Positions 41,791-52,690 of a DNA stretch of 64,000 bases are shown piece by piece (within the stretch, counting starts at the first letter, position 1; every line of letters begins with the position of its first letter). Both the position numbers and the translations under genes were made by a program. The notes below the pieces were generated by a model. The model was not told the origin of the DNA, did not search any database, and was given only the letters and a program-made list of their open reading frames with translations. Source of the DNA: Gnetum montanum (taxonomy: Eukaryota; Plantae; Gnetophyta); assembly GCA_015680685.1 (NCBI GenBank), contig MNCI01001868.1, positions 21,621-85,620 of the forward strand, given 5' to 3'.

Positions 41791-42577
41791 TGTATCATTT
41801 GGCTATATGTTTTGGGTGTACCTATAGGCATTGTTTTGGTTTCCAATAGCCCCAATCATTGTTATAGATTTGACTGGTGTTGATCTGACAATCACTAGAA
41901 TAATGAATAGCAACTCTTGTATACATTGGTGAGACGATGTGTTGGTGATTGGCCAAATACTCAAATGATCGATATTTTTTTTCTTTATGATTAATTTGAG
42001 TTACACTGCTTTAGCATCTATTAATGAAATGAATGAACAGAATGTTGAATAGAGATGAAGCTGAAATGTTCTATTGTTTGTGAGGTTGCTACTATGCTTT
42101 AACTGTTCATCTGTTCTATGACCTATATGCATCAGAATGCTTTCTTAAACCGATTAAAATGCTTCATTGTGAACTGTATGTATTAGTGTAGGTATCTCAT
42201 GTACATGTTTTATTATGTGATTATACAAGTTTTGAATCCGTTATCTCTAGGTGCTACTTTGGGGATATTAACTATTGAGCAATCAAATCAGGGAAGAACA
42301 GAAAAAGATTCTAATGTTTTCCTTGGCATGAATGATTCTTTTAAAACATACACACAATGTTGCAGAACATGACTTATGAATCAGGAACATTAAGTATATC
42401 ATGGTTGTGTTATTTTTAAACAATGAGCATCTGGAATATTGTTTATGTTTTTGATGCACTGATTTTTGAAGTTTTACTATTTAAAAGAAAACAAATATCC
42501 CTTTCATGATGACCTTTCAAGGTATTATAAGACAACGCAATAATAATTCATGAGCATAAAATTGAAAATTTTACATT

Positions 42578-43125
42578 ATTTTTTTTTTTTTGAGAGGTCA
42601 GGAGATTGTATCATATATAAAAAGAAGTACACAAGTTGGTCCAAAAAGTAGAAAGAGTGGAGCAACTCTCCCCAGAGAGTGGAGGTGAGGATCCCCCATT
42701 ACAAGTGAAAGAAAAACAAGGGATTAAAACAGAGACATCAGCTGAGAGGCTATAGTAAAAAACAAGATAATGGCCCCATGACCCTGAAAACCCCAAGAAC
42801 CAACAACAAAGACCGCTGACATAATGATAGAGTTGAAAACTCATCATCTTGGAAAGAGAAGGAACTTGCAACTGCAAACCAATCTTTCCTCAATGTGGAC
42901 CCTATCCACAATACTCCTTTTAGCCTTGGACTTGATAAAACTGTAGGCTTCCTGAAATCTCTAAAATTCACTTTGGCACTTATCCTTTTGTTGAGGTGTA
43001 ACATATCCCTTGACTTTTGTAACACCCATTCATAAGGAGCAAGAGCTAGCACCCGAAGCCCCCTAAAAAGAAGAAAGTTGAAAGAAGAAAATGCCCAGGT
43101 GGCTTTCTTTCTACAACCATCAAAC
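42578..43125 (-). mobile_element. Short 5'-truncated LINE-like 3' remnant
   Basis: Minus strand ends ...AATCTCCTGACCTCTC(A)n (T-run at about 42578-42591), resembling the 3' termini of the other LINE copies, with a T/G-rich UTR-like body. No domain recognised. Confidence 0.45.
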
Positions 43126-43431
43126 TAACGTTATCCTATAAAATTAAAATGAAATCAACAATGCCTAGATCTAGCTCAAAAACAGGTCAATCAATATTAA
43201 TTTAAGAATTAAGAGAGAATTATTTATAAAAAAATAGGCATAGTAAAATATCTGTGCAAGATTCATTAGATTTAAAAAAAATCAAACTTTTTATTATTCA
43301 ACCTAAAAAGCAATATTTAATCAGGATCATTTGCACATTTGAAAACCAAAGAAATTACCACAAAAGCAAATAAATAAATTAATAATCTCCTATTTGTTCA
43401 ATCACATAATAATATTTTATAATTTCCAGCN

Positions 43432-45640
43432 CCCAGCTCTGCCCAAGGAGGGGTGCATCTGGGTATTCCACCCGGTCCAGTGGAGGAAATCTGCCTCTGT
43501 TGCCTGTAGCTTTGTCTCCTGGAGGCAGACAATATCACAGTTCTCGACTTGAATAATCCTGCGCAGGGTATTTCTTTTGTACGGGGTACCCTGTCCCCTA
43601 CAATTCCAGTTGAGCAACTTCATGGGTGACTGGGGGCACGGCGTTGATAGACCTCCCGGAGGGTCTGTTGTAAACCCAGGTCGATGTTCCTCTGCGTCTG
43701 TTTTCCTCGGGTTTGGTTCTCACTAGGCCTTCCTGGGTGGCGGTCTCCCCCGAGCGGTCCCGGGTTGCCGGCCTGAGCGACAGGGGAGGCTGTCGGCTCC
43801 GGAGCTTTGCACGTTGAGCTCCCCCGGACCACGTTTACCCAGTCGCCAAGGGGAGGAAGCTCGAGCTCAGTCGCNNNNNNNNNNNNNNNNNNNNNNNNNN
43901 NNNNNNNNNNNNNNNNNNNNNNNNNNNNNNNNNNNNNNNNNNNNNNNNNNNNNNNNNNNNNNNNNNNNNNNNNNNNNNNNNNNNNNNNNNNNNNNNNNNN
44001 NNNNNNNNNNNNNNNNNNNNNNNNNNNNNNNNNNNNNNNNNNNNNNNNNNNNNNNNNNNNNNNNNNNNNNNNNNNNNNNNNNNNNNNNNNNNNNNNNNNN
44101 NNNNNNNNNNNNNNNNNNNNNNNNNNNNNNNNNNNNNNNNNNNNNNNNNNNNNNNNNNNNNNNNNNNNNNNNNNNNNNNNNNNNNNNNNNNNNNNNNNNN
44201 NNNNNNNNNNNNNNNNNNNNNNNNNNNNNNNNNNNNNNNNNNNNNNNNNNNNNNNNNNNNNNNNNNNNNNNNNNNNNNNNNNNNNNNNNNNNNNNNNNNN
44301 NNNNNNNNNNNNNNNNNNNNNNNNNNNNNNNNNNNNNNNNNNNNNNNNNNNNNNNNNNNNNNNNNNNNNNNNNNNNNNNNNNNNNNNNNNNNNNNNNNNN
44401 NNNNNNNNNNNNNNNNNNNNNNNNNNNNNNNNNNNNNNNNNNNNNNNNNNNNNNNNNNNNNNNNNNNNNNNNNNNNNNNNNNNNNNNNNNNNNNNNNNNN
44501 NNNNNNNNNNNNNNNNNNNNNNNNNNNNNNNNNNNNNNNNNNNNNNNNNNNNNNNNNNNNNNNNNNNNNNNNNNNNNNNNNNNNNNNNNNNNNNNNNNNN
44601 NNNNNNNNNNNNNNNNNNNNNNNNNNNNNNNNNNNNNAAGAGCTGTCGGGGTTGGGGTCTTTGCTGCGCCCGGCCTGGCAAGCGACAAGCGGCCACCAGG
44701 TGCCCCGGTTTGCCGCATCTCACGCACCCAGCCCGAAGGGGTCCTTGGGTGGCCGGGCGGCTCTGTGGGCCGTCCGCCGTCTCCAAATTGTCAAAAGTCA
44801 CCTCGAGTTTCTCCTCCCCTCCAAGGAGCTCCAGAATCACCTCCCGGATGAGGTTCTCTTTCGTCAACGGGCGCCAAACGCAGAATCGGGCGAAGCCCAT
44901 GCACTCCATGGACATGGTGACCCGGTCAAAAGCAATGAACTCCCCGAAGAAATCCGCGACTTGTCGCAGAAACTCAAGGTTCCACAGCTCCCAAGGGAGG
45001 CGGGAGACCCGGACCCAGACCGGCGCTTTAGCAAATATGTCTGTCTCCCGATGGGCCCCCGGTCTCCAGGGGGTCAACGCCAGGCCCCTCGCACCGTAGA
45101 ACCACGGGCCCCCCAGCAGGACCGAGTCCCGGGCTTGCCGAGAGGGAAGGATGAACAGCATGAGGTCGGGGGTCAGGCTCCTCACCCCGACCTCTCCCAC
45201 CTGCCACTGTTCTCGGGCCCAGCGCCTGACCAGGTCCAATCGTGGCCGCGCACCCCGTGACACGAAGCGACCAATGAGGCTCCATTGCAAGGTGCGGACC
45301 CCCTCAGGGGGGGGGCTGGGTGACCCGGAGGTGTAAGGTGTCTGCGGCCCGAGAGTGGGCCGCAATGCAACCCCCGGGGAGGGCGGTGGCCTGGTGTGGT
45401 CCCCCGTCGGTCGGCGGTTCTTGTTGGCCACGTGGTTCGTCCACCCGCGGAGGTTGCTGCGGGTCTTCTGCGGTGTCCTCCTGCTGGCGTGCGTGCATCC
45501 GCTGGTCCTGCTCCTGCTCCTCCATCCGCTCTTGTGTCAGCGCTTGTCGGTGCTCCGGCTGCTCCTGCTGTGGCCCCGCCGTCGGCGTCGGCGTCTGCGT
45601 CTGCTCCTGCACGGTCTGCGTCTGCTCCTGCATCTTGAAG
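43432..45640 (-). mobile_element. LINE copy E: young GC-rich 5' half (ORF1 + start of ORF2), cut at a single-N gap
   Basis: ORF1 from about 45633 (MQEQTQTVQEQTQT...) through a C9 homopolymer frameshift to DUF4283-like SLIGRF...GGPWFY...PVWVRVSRLPWELW and CCHC knuckle CVRCGKPGHLVAAC; ATGA at 43623-43620; ORF2 MKLLNWNCRGQG...CLQETK. Near-identical to copy F. Confidence 0.92.
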
Positions 45641-46616
45641 TTGACCTATCGACCTCTGTAATGATGGTCTTTCATCTCCTATTTGTTCAATCACATAATA
45701 ATATTTTATAATTTCCAGCCACACACAAAAACAAGATCTGAATTTAACTCTTGTAACCATTTTACCAATAATCATTTAATCAGGAAATTCATATGTTCAA
45801 TAGCAGAGAATAGATAGATCACAACCATAAATTAACATCCTAGGTTTTCCCCCACTCCATCAACTTATAAAAAGATATTAAAATCAAACTTCAGAAGGTA
45901 TAAGAAAAAAAATAAGTATAATTCAAGATTGAGATCCAAGATTTATGCATTCAAAAGGGGAAGGTTCATCAACCAAATTCCAAGANNNNNNNNNNNNNNN
46001 NNNNNNNNNNNNNNNNNNNNNNNNNNNNNNNNNNNNNNNNNNNNNNNNNNNNNNNNNNNNNNNNNNNNNNNNNNNNNNNNNNNNNNNNNNNNNNNNNNNN
46101 NNNNNNNNNNNNNNNNNNNNNNNNNNNNNNNNNNNNNNNNNNNNNNNNNNNNNNNNNNNNNNNNNNNNNNNNNNNNNNNNNNNNNNNNNNNNNNNNNNNN
46201 NNNNNNNNNNNNNNNNNNNNNNNNNNNNNNNNNNNNNNNNNNNNNNNNNNNNNNNNNNNNNNNNNNNNNNNNNNNNNNNNNNNNNNNNNNNNNNNNNNNN
46301 NNNNNNNNNNNNNNNNNNNNNNNNNNNNNNNNNNNNNNNNNNNNNNNNNNNNNNNNNNNNNNNNNNNNNNNNNNNNNNNNNNNNNNNNNNNNNNNNNNNN
46401 NNNNNNNNNNNNNNNNNNNNNNNNNNNNNNNNNNNNNNNNNNNNNNNNNNNNNNNNNNNNNNNNNNNNNNNNNNNNNNNNNNNNNNNNNNNNNNNNNNNN
46501 NNNNNNNNNNNNNNNNNNNNNNNNNNNNNNNNNNNNNNNNNNNNNNNNNNNNNNNNNNNNNNNNNNNNNNNNNNNNNNNNNNNNNNNNNNNNNNNNNNNN
46601 NNNNNNNNNNNNNNNN

Positions 46617-46840
46617 GGGGTGGGTCAGCAAGTGACGGCAGGCGCATTGCAGACGTTCAAGCTCATGGAGCAGGTCCAAAGTGTTACGATGCTCCTTAGT
46701 ATTCATGAAGTTCGCCGCTTGTTGGATGCCTTGCATGGCAGATTCCCGTCTGCTCCAATCCACCGGTGAGTCGCCCGCATCCGGATGACAACGCGTTGAG
46801 GTTCGCCGGATATGTCTCCGAAGCTCCCCCCAGGAATTAT
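46617..46840 (-). mobile_element. LINE 3' fragment encoding a J-domain with intact HPD, head-to-head with copy F
   Basis: Minus strand reads [75 protein letters not shown]; HPD at 46787-46779; runs into the N gap. Confidence 0.85.
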
Positions 46841-48410
46841 TCAGACGCAGACCATGCAGGAGCAGACGTAGACGCAGACGCCGACGGAGGGGCCACCGCA
46901 GGAGCAGCCGGAGCACTGACAGGCGCTGACACAGGAGCAGACGGAGGAGCAGAAGCAGGACCAGCGGGTGCGCGCACACCAGCAGGAGGACACTGTAGAA
47001 GACCCGCAGCAACCTCCGCGGGCGGACGAACCACGTGGCCAACAAGAACCGCCGACCGACGGGGGACCACACCAGCCCACCGCCCTCACCGGGGGTTGCA
47101 TTGCGGCCCACTCTCGGGCCGTAGACACTTTGCGCCTCCGGGTCACCCAGCCCCCCCCCCCTGAGGGGGTCCGCACCTTGCAACGGAGCCTCATTGGCCG
47201 TTTTGTGTCACGGGGTGCGCGGCCACGATTGGACCTGGTCAAGCGCTAGGCCCGTGAACAGTGGTAGGTGGGAGAGGTCGGGGTGAGGAGCCTGACCCCC
47301 GACCTCATGCTGTTCATCCTTCCCTCCCGACAAGCCTGGGACTTGGTCCTACTGGGGGGCCCATGGTTCTACGGTGCGAGGGGCTTGGCGTTGACCCCCT
47401 GGAGACCGGGGGCCCATCGGGAGACCGACCTATTTGCTAAAGCGCCGGTCTAGGTACAGGTCTCCCGCCTCCCTTGGGAGCTGTGGAACCTTGAGTTTCT
47501 GCGACAAGTCGCGGATTTTTTCGGGGAGTTCATTGCTTTTGACAGGGTCACCATGTCCATGGAGTGCATGGGCTTCGCCTGATTCTGCGTTTGGCGCCCG
47601 TTGACGAAAGAGAACCTCATCCGGGAGGTGATTCTGGAGCTCCCTGGAGGGGGAGTAGAAACTTGAGGTGACTTTCGAGAATCTGGAGACGGTGGACGGC
47701 CCACAGAGCCGCCCGGCCACCCAAGGACCACTCCGGGCTGGTTGCGCGAGATGCGGCAAACCTGGGCACCAGGTGGCCGCTTGTCGCTTGCCAGGCCGGG
47801 CGCAGCAAAGACCCCAACCCCGACAGCTCTTTGAAGGTGGCGAATGGGTCACCATGGGACGCAAAGGCCGTTTACGACCGACCCCCAATGCGCCACCCCA
47901 CCAGAACACCCCCCCCAGAAACTCGACACCAACAGGCNNNNNNNNNNNNNNNNNNNNNNNNNNNNNNNNNNNNNNNNNNNNNNNNNNNNNNNNNNNNNNN
48001 NNNNNNNNNNNNNNNNNNNNNNNNNNNNNNNNNNNNNNNNNNNNNNNNNNNNNNNNNNNNNNNNNNNNNNNNNNNNNNNNNNNNNNNNNNNNNNNNNNNN
48101 NNTAGACAACCCACTACACCCCCCTGTCACCCTTACCAACCATCACCCCCGAAGCGGCGACTGAGCTCGAGCTTCCCCCCCTTGGCGACTAGGTAAACGT
48201 GGTCCGGGGGAGCTCAAAGACGCGCAAAGCTCCGAAGTCGACAGCCACACCTGTCGCTCAGGGCAGCAACCTGGGACCGCTCGGGGGAGACCGCCGCCCA
48301 GGAAGGCCTAGTGAGAACCAAACCCGAGGAAAACAGACGCAGAGGAACATCGACTTGGGTTTACAACAGACCCTTCGGGAGGTCTATCAACGTCGTACCC
48401 CCAGTCACCC

Positions 48411-51400
48411 ATGAAGTTGCTCAGCTGGAATTGTAGGGGACAGGGTACCCCGTACAAAAGAAATACCCTGCGCAGGATCGTTCAGGCCGAGAACTGTGAT
48501 ATTGTCTGCCTCCAAGAGACAAAGCTATAGGCAACGGAGGCAGACTTCCTCCACTGGACCGGGTGGAATACCCAGATGCAACCCTCCTTTGGCAGAGCTG
48601 GTGGCATGGCTACCATTGCCCAGTACACCATGAATCTCGTGGACGCTTCCCATTGGGCCCTCACTGTTCAGCTCCCCTCACAGGGGGTCTGGCTGACCAA
48701 TTTCTACGGTGCCCAGAATTGGGAGCAGCGCATCCAAGAGTTGGCGCGGGTGGCACGGCTGATTCCAGACCACAGGTCTTGGATTTTGGCTGGAGACTTC
48801 AACCAGCGCCTGCACCCGTGGGAGAAGTTGGGGGGAGCTGCCCCCCCACCACCTGGTGCTGCTGAGTTCCAGGATTTCCTGTCAACTTTCTCTTTGGTCG
48901 ACCTGCCCATTGAGAATTGTCGTTTCACGTGGAGCAACCGACAGAAGGGCCCGAATCAGGTCCTCACCCGTATTGATCGGATTTGCATCAGCACGGACAT
49001 GATGCTTCGTTCCTCGGTACGGGTGACCAGGCATGAACGGGTGGCTTCTGATCACCGCTCGCTGACAGTTCCCATTGGACCGGCTAGGCCAGGCACCCCG
49101 CGCCCCTTTCGCTTCGAGGCGTCATGATTGACCAAACCATGGTTGAAGCCGATGGTGGAGGCAATCTGGACGGACTATCAGCCCGGTAGGGAGGACCCCT
49201 GGAACTTCCTGCGGGAAGCGTTACTCTGGCTGAAGTGGGCTATCAAGGCCCGCCCAATGGCGGACAAGTTTTCCTTCCGCACTGGTCAGCGTGAACTCTG
49301 GGACCTGCTCGGCAGGATTCAAACTCGGCAGGAGGCGGGGGAGGATCTCCATGCGGAGGAGCAGCGGACGCTGAGGCAGCTGCAGGCCCTGGATCAGGAG
49401 GAGGAAACATACTGGCGGCAGCGCTCCCTGGTGCGCTCGTTTCGGGACGGTGACCGGCAGACCAGATTCTTCTTTGCCATGGCCAAGTCGCGGGGAGGCG
49501 GCATGCCTAAAAGTCTCTGAAACCAGGACGGAGACATCGTTGATGACCCGCAGCGCATGGCACAGATGCTAGCGCAGTATTGGGGGGGGATTTGGGCTAA
49601 ACGTCCTATCAGGCCGGTCTCGGTTCCAGTCCCACGAGTGCTGTGCGCGCAAGATAATGCGCGGCTGTTGGCTCCTTTCTCCTGGCANNNNNNNNNNNNN
49701 NNNNNNNNNNNNNNNNNNNNNNNNNNNNNNNNNNNNNNNNNNNNNNNNNNNNNNNNNNNNNNNNNNNNNNNNNNNNNNNNNNNNNNNNNNNNNNNNNNNN
49801 NNNNNNNNNNNNNNNNNNNNNNNNNNNNNNNNNNNNNNNNNNNNNNNNNNNNNNNNNNNNNNNNNNNNNNNNNNNNNNNNNNNNNNNNNNNNNNNNNNNN
49901 NNNNNNNNNNNNNNNNNNNNNNNNNNNNNNNNNNNNNNNNNNNNNNNNNNNNNNNNNNNNNNNNNNNNNNNNNNNNNNNNNNNNNNNNNNNNNNNNNNNN
50001 NNNNNNNNNNNNNNNNNNNNNNNNNNNNNNNNNNNNNNNNNNNNNNNNNNNNNNNNNNNNNNNNNNNNNNNNNNNNNNNNNNNNNNNNNNNNNNNNNNNN
50101 NNNNNNNNNNNNNNNNNNNNNNNNNNNNNNNNNNNNNNNNNNNNNNNNNNNNNNNNNNNNNNNNNNNNNNNNNNNNNNNNNNNNNNNNNNNNNNNNNNNN
50201 NNNNNNNNNNNNNNNNNNNNNNNNNNNNNNNNNNNNNNNNNNNNNNNNNNNNNNNNNNNNTGTTGCATGAGGTCCATGGCAATGATGAAGAGGAGGGGAG
50301 AGAGTGGGTCCCCTTGCCTCAGCCCCCTCCCAGGGGACNGCTGAACATTGCGGGGGTGACCTGTCGGGCGGAGCATTATGCGGATGACACGATGCTGCTT
50401 AGCAAGGCGGCGGTCCCGCAAGCCCGATGCATTAATTTGGCGTTGGATCGGTTGGCTGCGGAGCTGGGGTTGGCAGTCAACAGGGCGAAGTTCGCAGTCT
50501 ATTTCGTGAACGTGGACAAGCAGGTCCAAACGAGGGTGACGCAAACGTTGGACATTAGGCCAGGGATTCCCACCGACATTTACCTTGGCATCCCCCTTTT
50601 TCGGTGGGGGCGGTCCACGACGTGGGGCCCCCTGNNNNNNNNNNNNNNNNNNNNNNNNNNNNNNNNNNNNNNNNNNNNNNNNNNNNNNNNNNNNNNNNNN
50701 NNNNNNNNNNNNNNNNNNNNNNNNNNNNNNNNNNNNNNNNNNNNNNNNNNNNNNNNNNNNNNNNNNNNNNNNNNNNNNNNNNNNNNNNNNNNNNNNNNNN
50801 NNNNNNNNNNNNNNNNNNNNNNNNNNNNNNNNNNNNNNNNNNNNNNNNNNNNNNNNNNNNNNNNNNNNNNNNNNNNNNNNNNNNNNNNNNNNNNNNNNNN
50901 NNNNNNNNNNATAATAAATACGTCCGCTGGGAGGCGACGACGCGGGACTCCAAGTCCTGGCAGGTGGCGGCCCGGCACGCGCGCGACATGCAGACCTCGG
51001 GCTGGGCGCATCTTGAGCCAAGAGCCATCATGGCGGCGAAATACCCCCGATGCAACACGTGGCGGAAGATTTGGAAAGGAAGGCTGCCAGAAAAAATTAA
51101 ATTCTTTCTCTGGCTGCTGCAGCACGAAGCGCTGCCAGTCCGAAATTTATTGAGGCGGCAGGGGGTGATCGAGGCGGACACGTGTCCGACATGCGGGGGT
51201 GCGGGGGAGACTGTCGCACACTTTGTACGCGACTATCCCCGCACGCGCGACGTGTGGCGCGCAGCCGCTGTGCCCCCCCCCCCCCCCCCCCCCCGAGGCA
51301 TGCGACTGGGGATTCATGGGCCGCCCTACTTCTGTGGACGGTATGGAAGGCCCGCAACAATCTTATCTTTTGGCAGCAGCGGCGCCCCCCTCCACAGCGG

Positions 51401-52690
51401 CTGGTCTGGCAGGCGTCCTGCGCGTGGAAGGAAATCGAGAACGCCATGGGACAAACGCCCACATACGAGCCTGACTGCACCGTTTTTCAGTAATTCGAGG
51501 AGCTCTGGCAGCTGGTGATTCAATGTGGATGGGATGTTCCTCTGCAGCGGCTTGGTGGGGACCCAGATTTGGCTGATGATGCCTTCTTTTCCAACTGGGT
51601 CAACGACTGCACCTTCTTCAGGGGGCGGGAAATCAGGGTCACGGAGGCGGCTATCGCCAGCTGTCTGGGGACCCCCATCGCTGGGGAAACCATCCTACCA
51701 TCAACCCACGGCCTCCAGGACGCAGAGATGTTCTTCAGTGGGACCATCCCCAGGACCAAAAGTCGGCAGGTGCCTAGATCTGCTCTCCCCNNNNNNNNNN
51801 NNNNNNNNNNNNNNNNNNNNNNNNNNNNNNNNNNNNNNNNNNNNNNNNNNNNNNNNNNNNNNNNNNNNNNNNNNNNNNNNNNNNNNNNNNNNNNNNNNNN
51901 NNNNNNNNNNNNNNNNNNNNNNNNNNNNNNNNNNNNNNNNNNNNNNNNNNNNNNNNNNNNNNNNNNNNNNNNNNNNNNNNNNNNNNNNNNNNNNNNNNNN
52001 NNNNNNNNNNNNNNNNNNNNNNNNNNNNNNNNNNNNNNNNNNNNNNNNNNNNNNNNNNNNNNNNNNNNNNNNNNNNNNNNNNNNNNNNNNNNNNNNNNNN
52101 NNNNNNNNNNNNNNNNNNNNNNNNNNNNNNNNNNNNNNNNNNNNNNNNNNNNNNNNNNNNNNNNNNNNNNNNNNNNNNNNNNNNNNNNNNNNNNNNNNNN
52201 NNNNNNNNNNNNNNNNNNNNNNNNNNNNNNNNNNNNNNNNNNNNNNNNNNNNNNNNNNNNNNNNNNNNNNNNNNNNNNNNNNNNNNNNNNNNNNNNNNNN
52301 NNNNNNNNNNGACAGCGGCAGCAGGCGGAACAGGAGGAACATGCCCGACTTAGGGAGGAGGAAGAGCAAAGACAGCGGCAGCTCGACCGCGCTCACGAAC
52401 ATAGCGCCCGGCAGTGGCTACGGGGGGGACGTTGCCCATACCTCATGTTAGGTATTAGCAGCGAAAGTTCCTGGGGTAGCCTTCGAAGGCACGTCCGCCG
52501 AACCTCGGCACAATGCCACCCCGACGCGAGCACTTCCACGAATGACAGAAATAGAAGGCAGGCAGCCATGCAGGGTCTCCAGCAGGCTACCAGTTTCATG
52601 GACACGGAGGAGCACCGCAATACCTTGGACCTCCTGCATGAGCTGATTCAGCCGGATTGTGCCTGTAAACAGCTCCCCACCAACCCCTAA
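48411..52690 (+). pseudogene. LINE ORF2 polyprotein of copy F: APE - RT - zf-RVT - plant-transposon-like domain - coiled coil - J-domain
   Basis: Assembled from ORF-track pieces 48576-49127, 49128-49520, 50341-50634, 50911-51493 and 51515-52690, with isolated premature stops and gaps. Confidence 0.8.
52433..52636 (+). other. DnaJ-type J-domain at the C-terminus of LINE ORF2
   Basis: [31 protein letters not shown]...[22 protein letters not shown] aligns to DnaJ [31 protein letters not shown]...[22 protein letters not shown] with identical 28-residue spacing to the His; HPD at 52517-52525. Confidence 0.8.

Noticed and set aside
50261-50338. Inverted RT segment ([15 protein letters not shown] on the minus strand) inside LINE F, resembling a twin-priming inversion
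   Set aside because: Bounded by an N gap on one side and a single N on the other; most likely a mis-oriented contig end.
51491-51515. Separate ORF3 starting after the TAA at 51491-51493 in copy F
   Set aside because: Copies D and G read through this position in frame and H has its stop at a different codon, so the F stop is probably a CAA->TAA mutation. A consensus is needed to confirm.
43807-52451. Long ORF-track entries (200-600 aa) dominated by X
   Set aside because: Artefacts of translating through N gaps.
52433-52690. J-domain interpreted as a host DnaJ gene or processed pseudogene
   Set aside because: It is continuous with the ORF2 tail, lies upstream of the LINE 3' UTR and poly-A, and recurs at the same position in six independent insertions.
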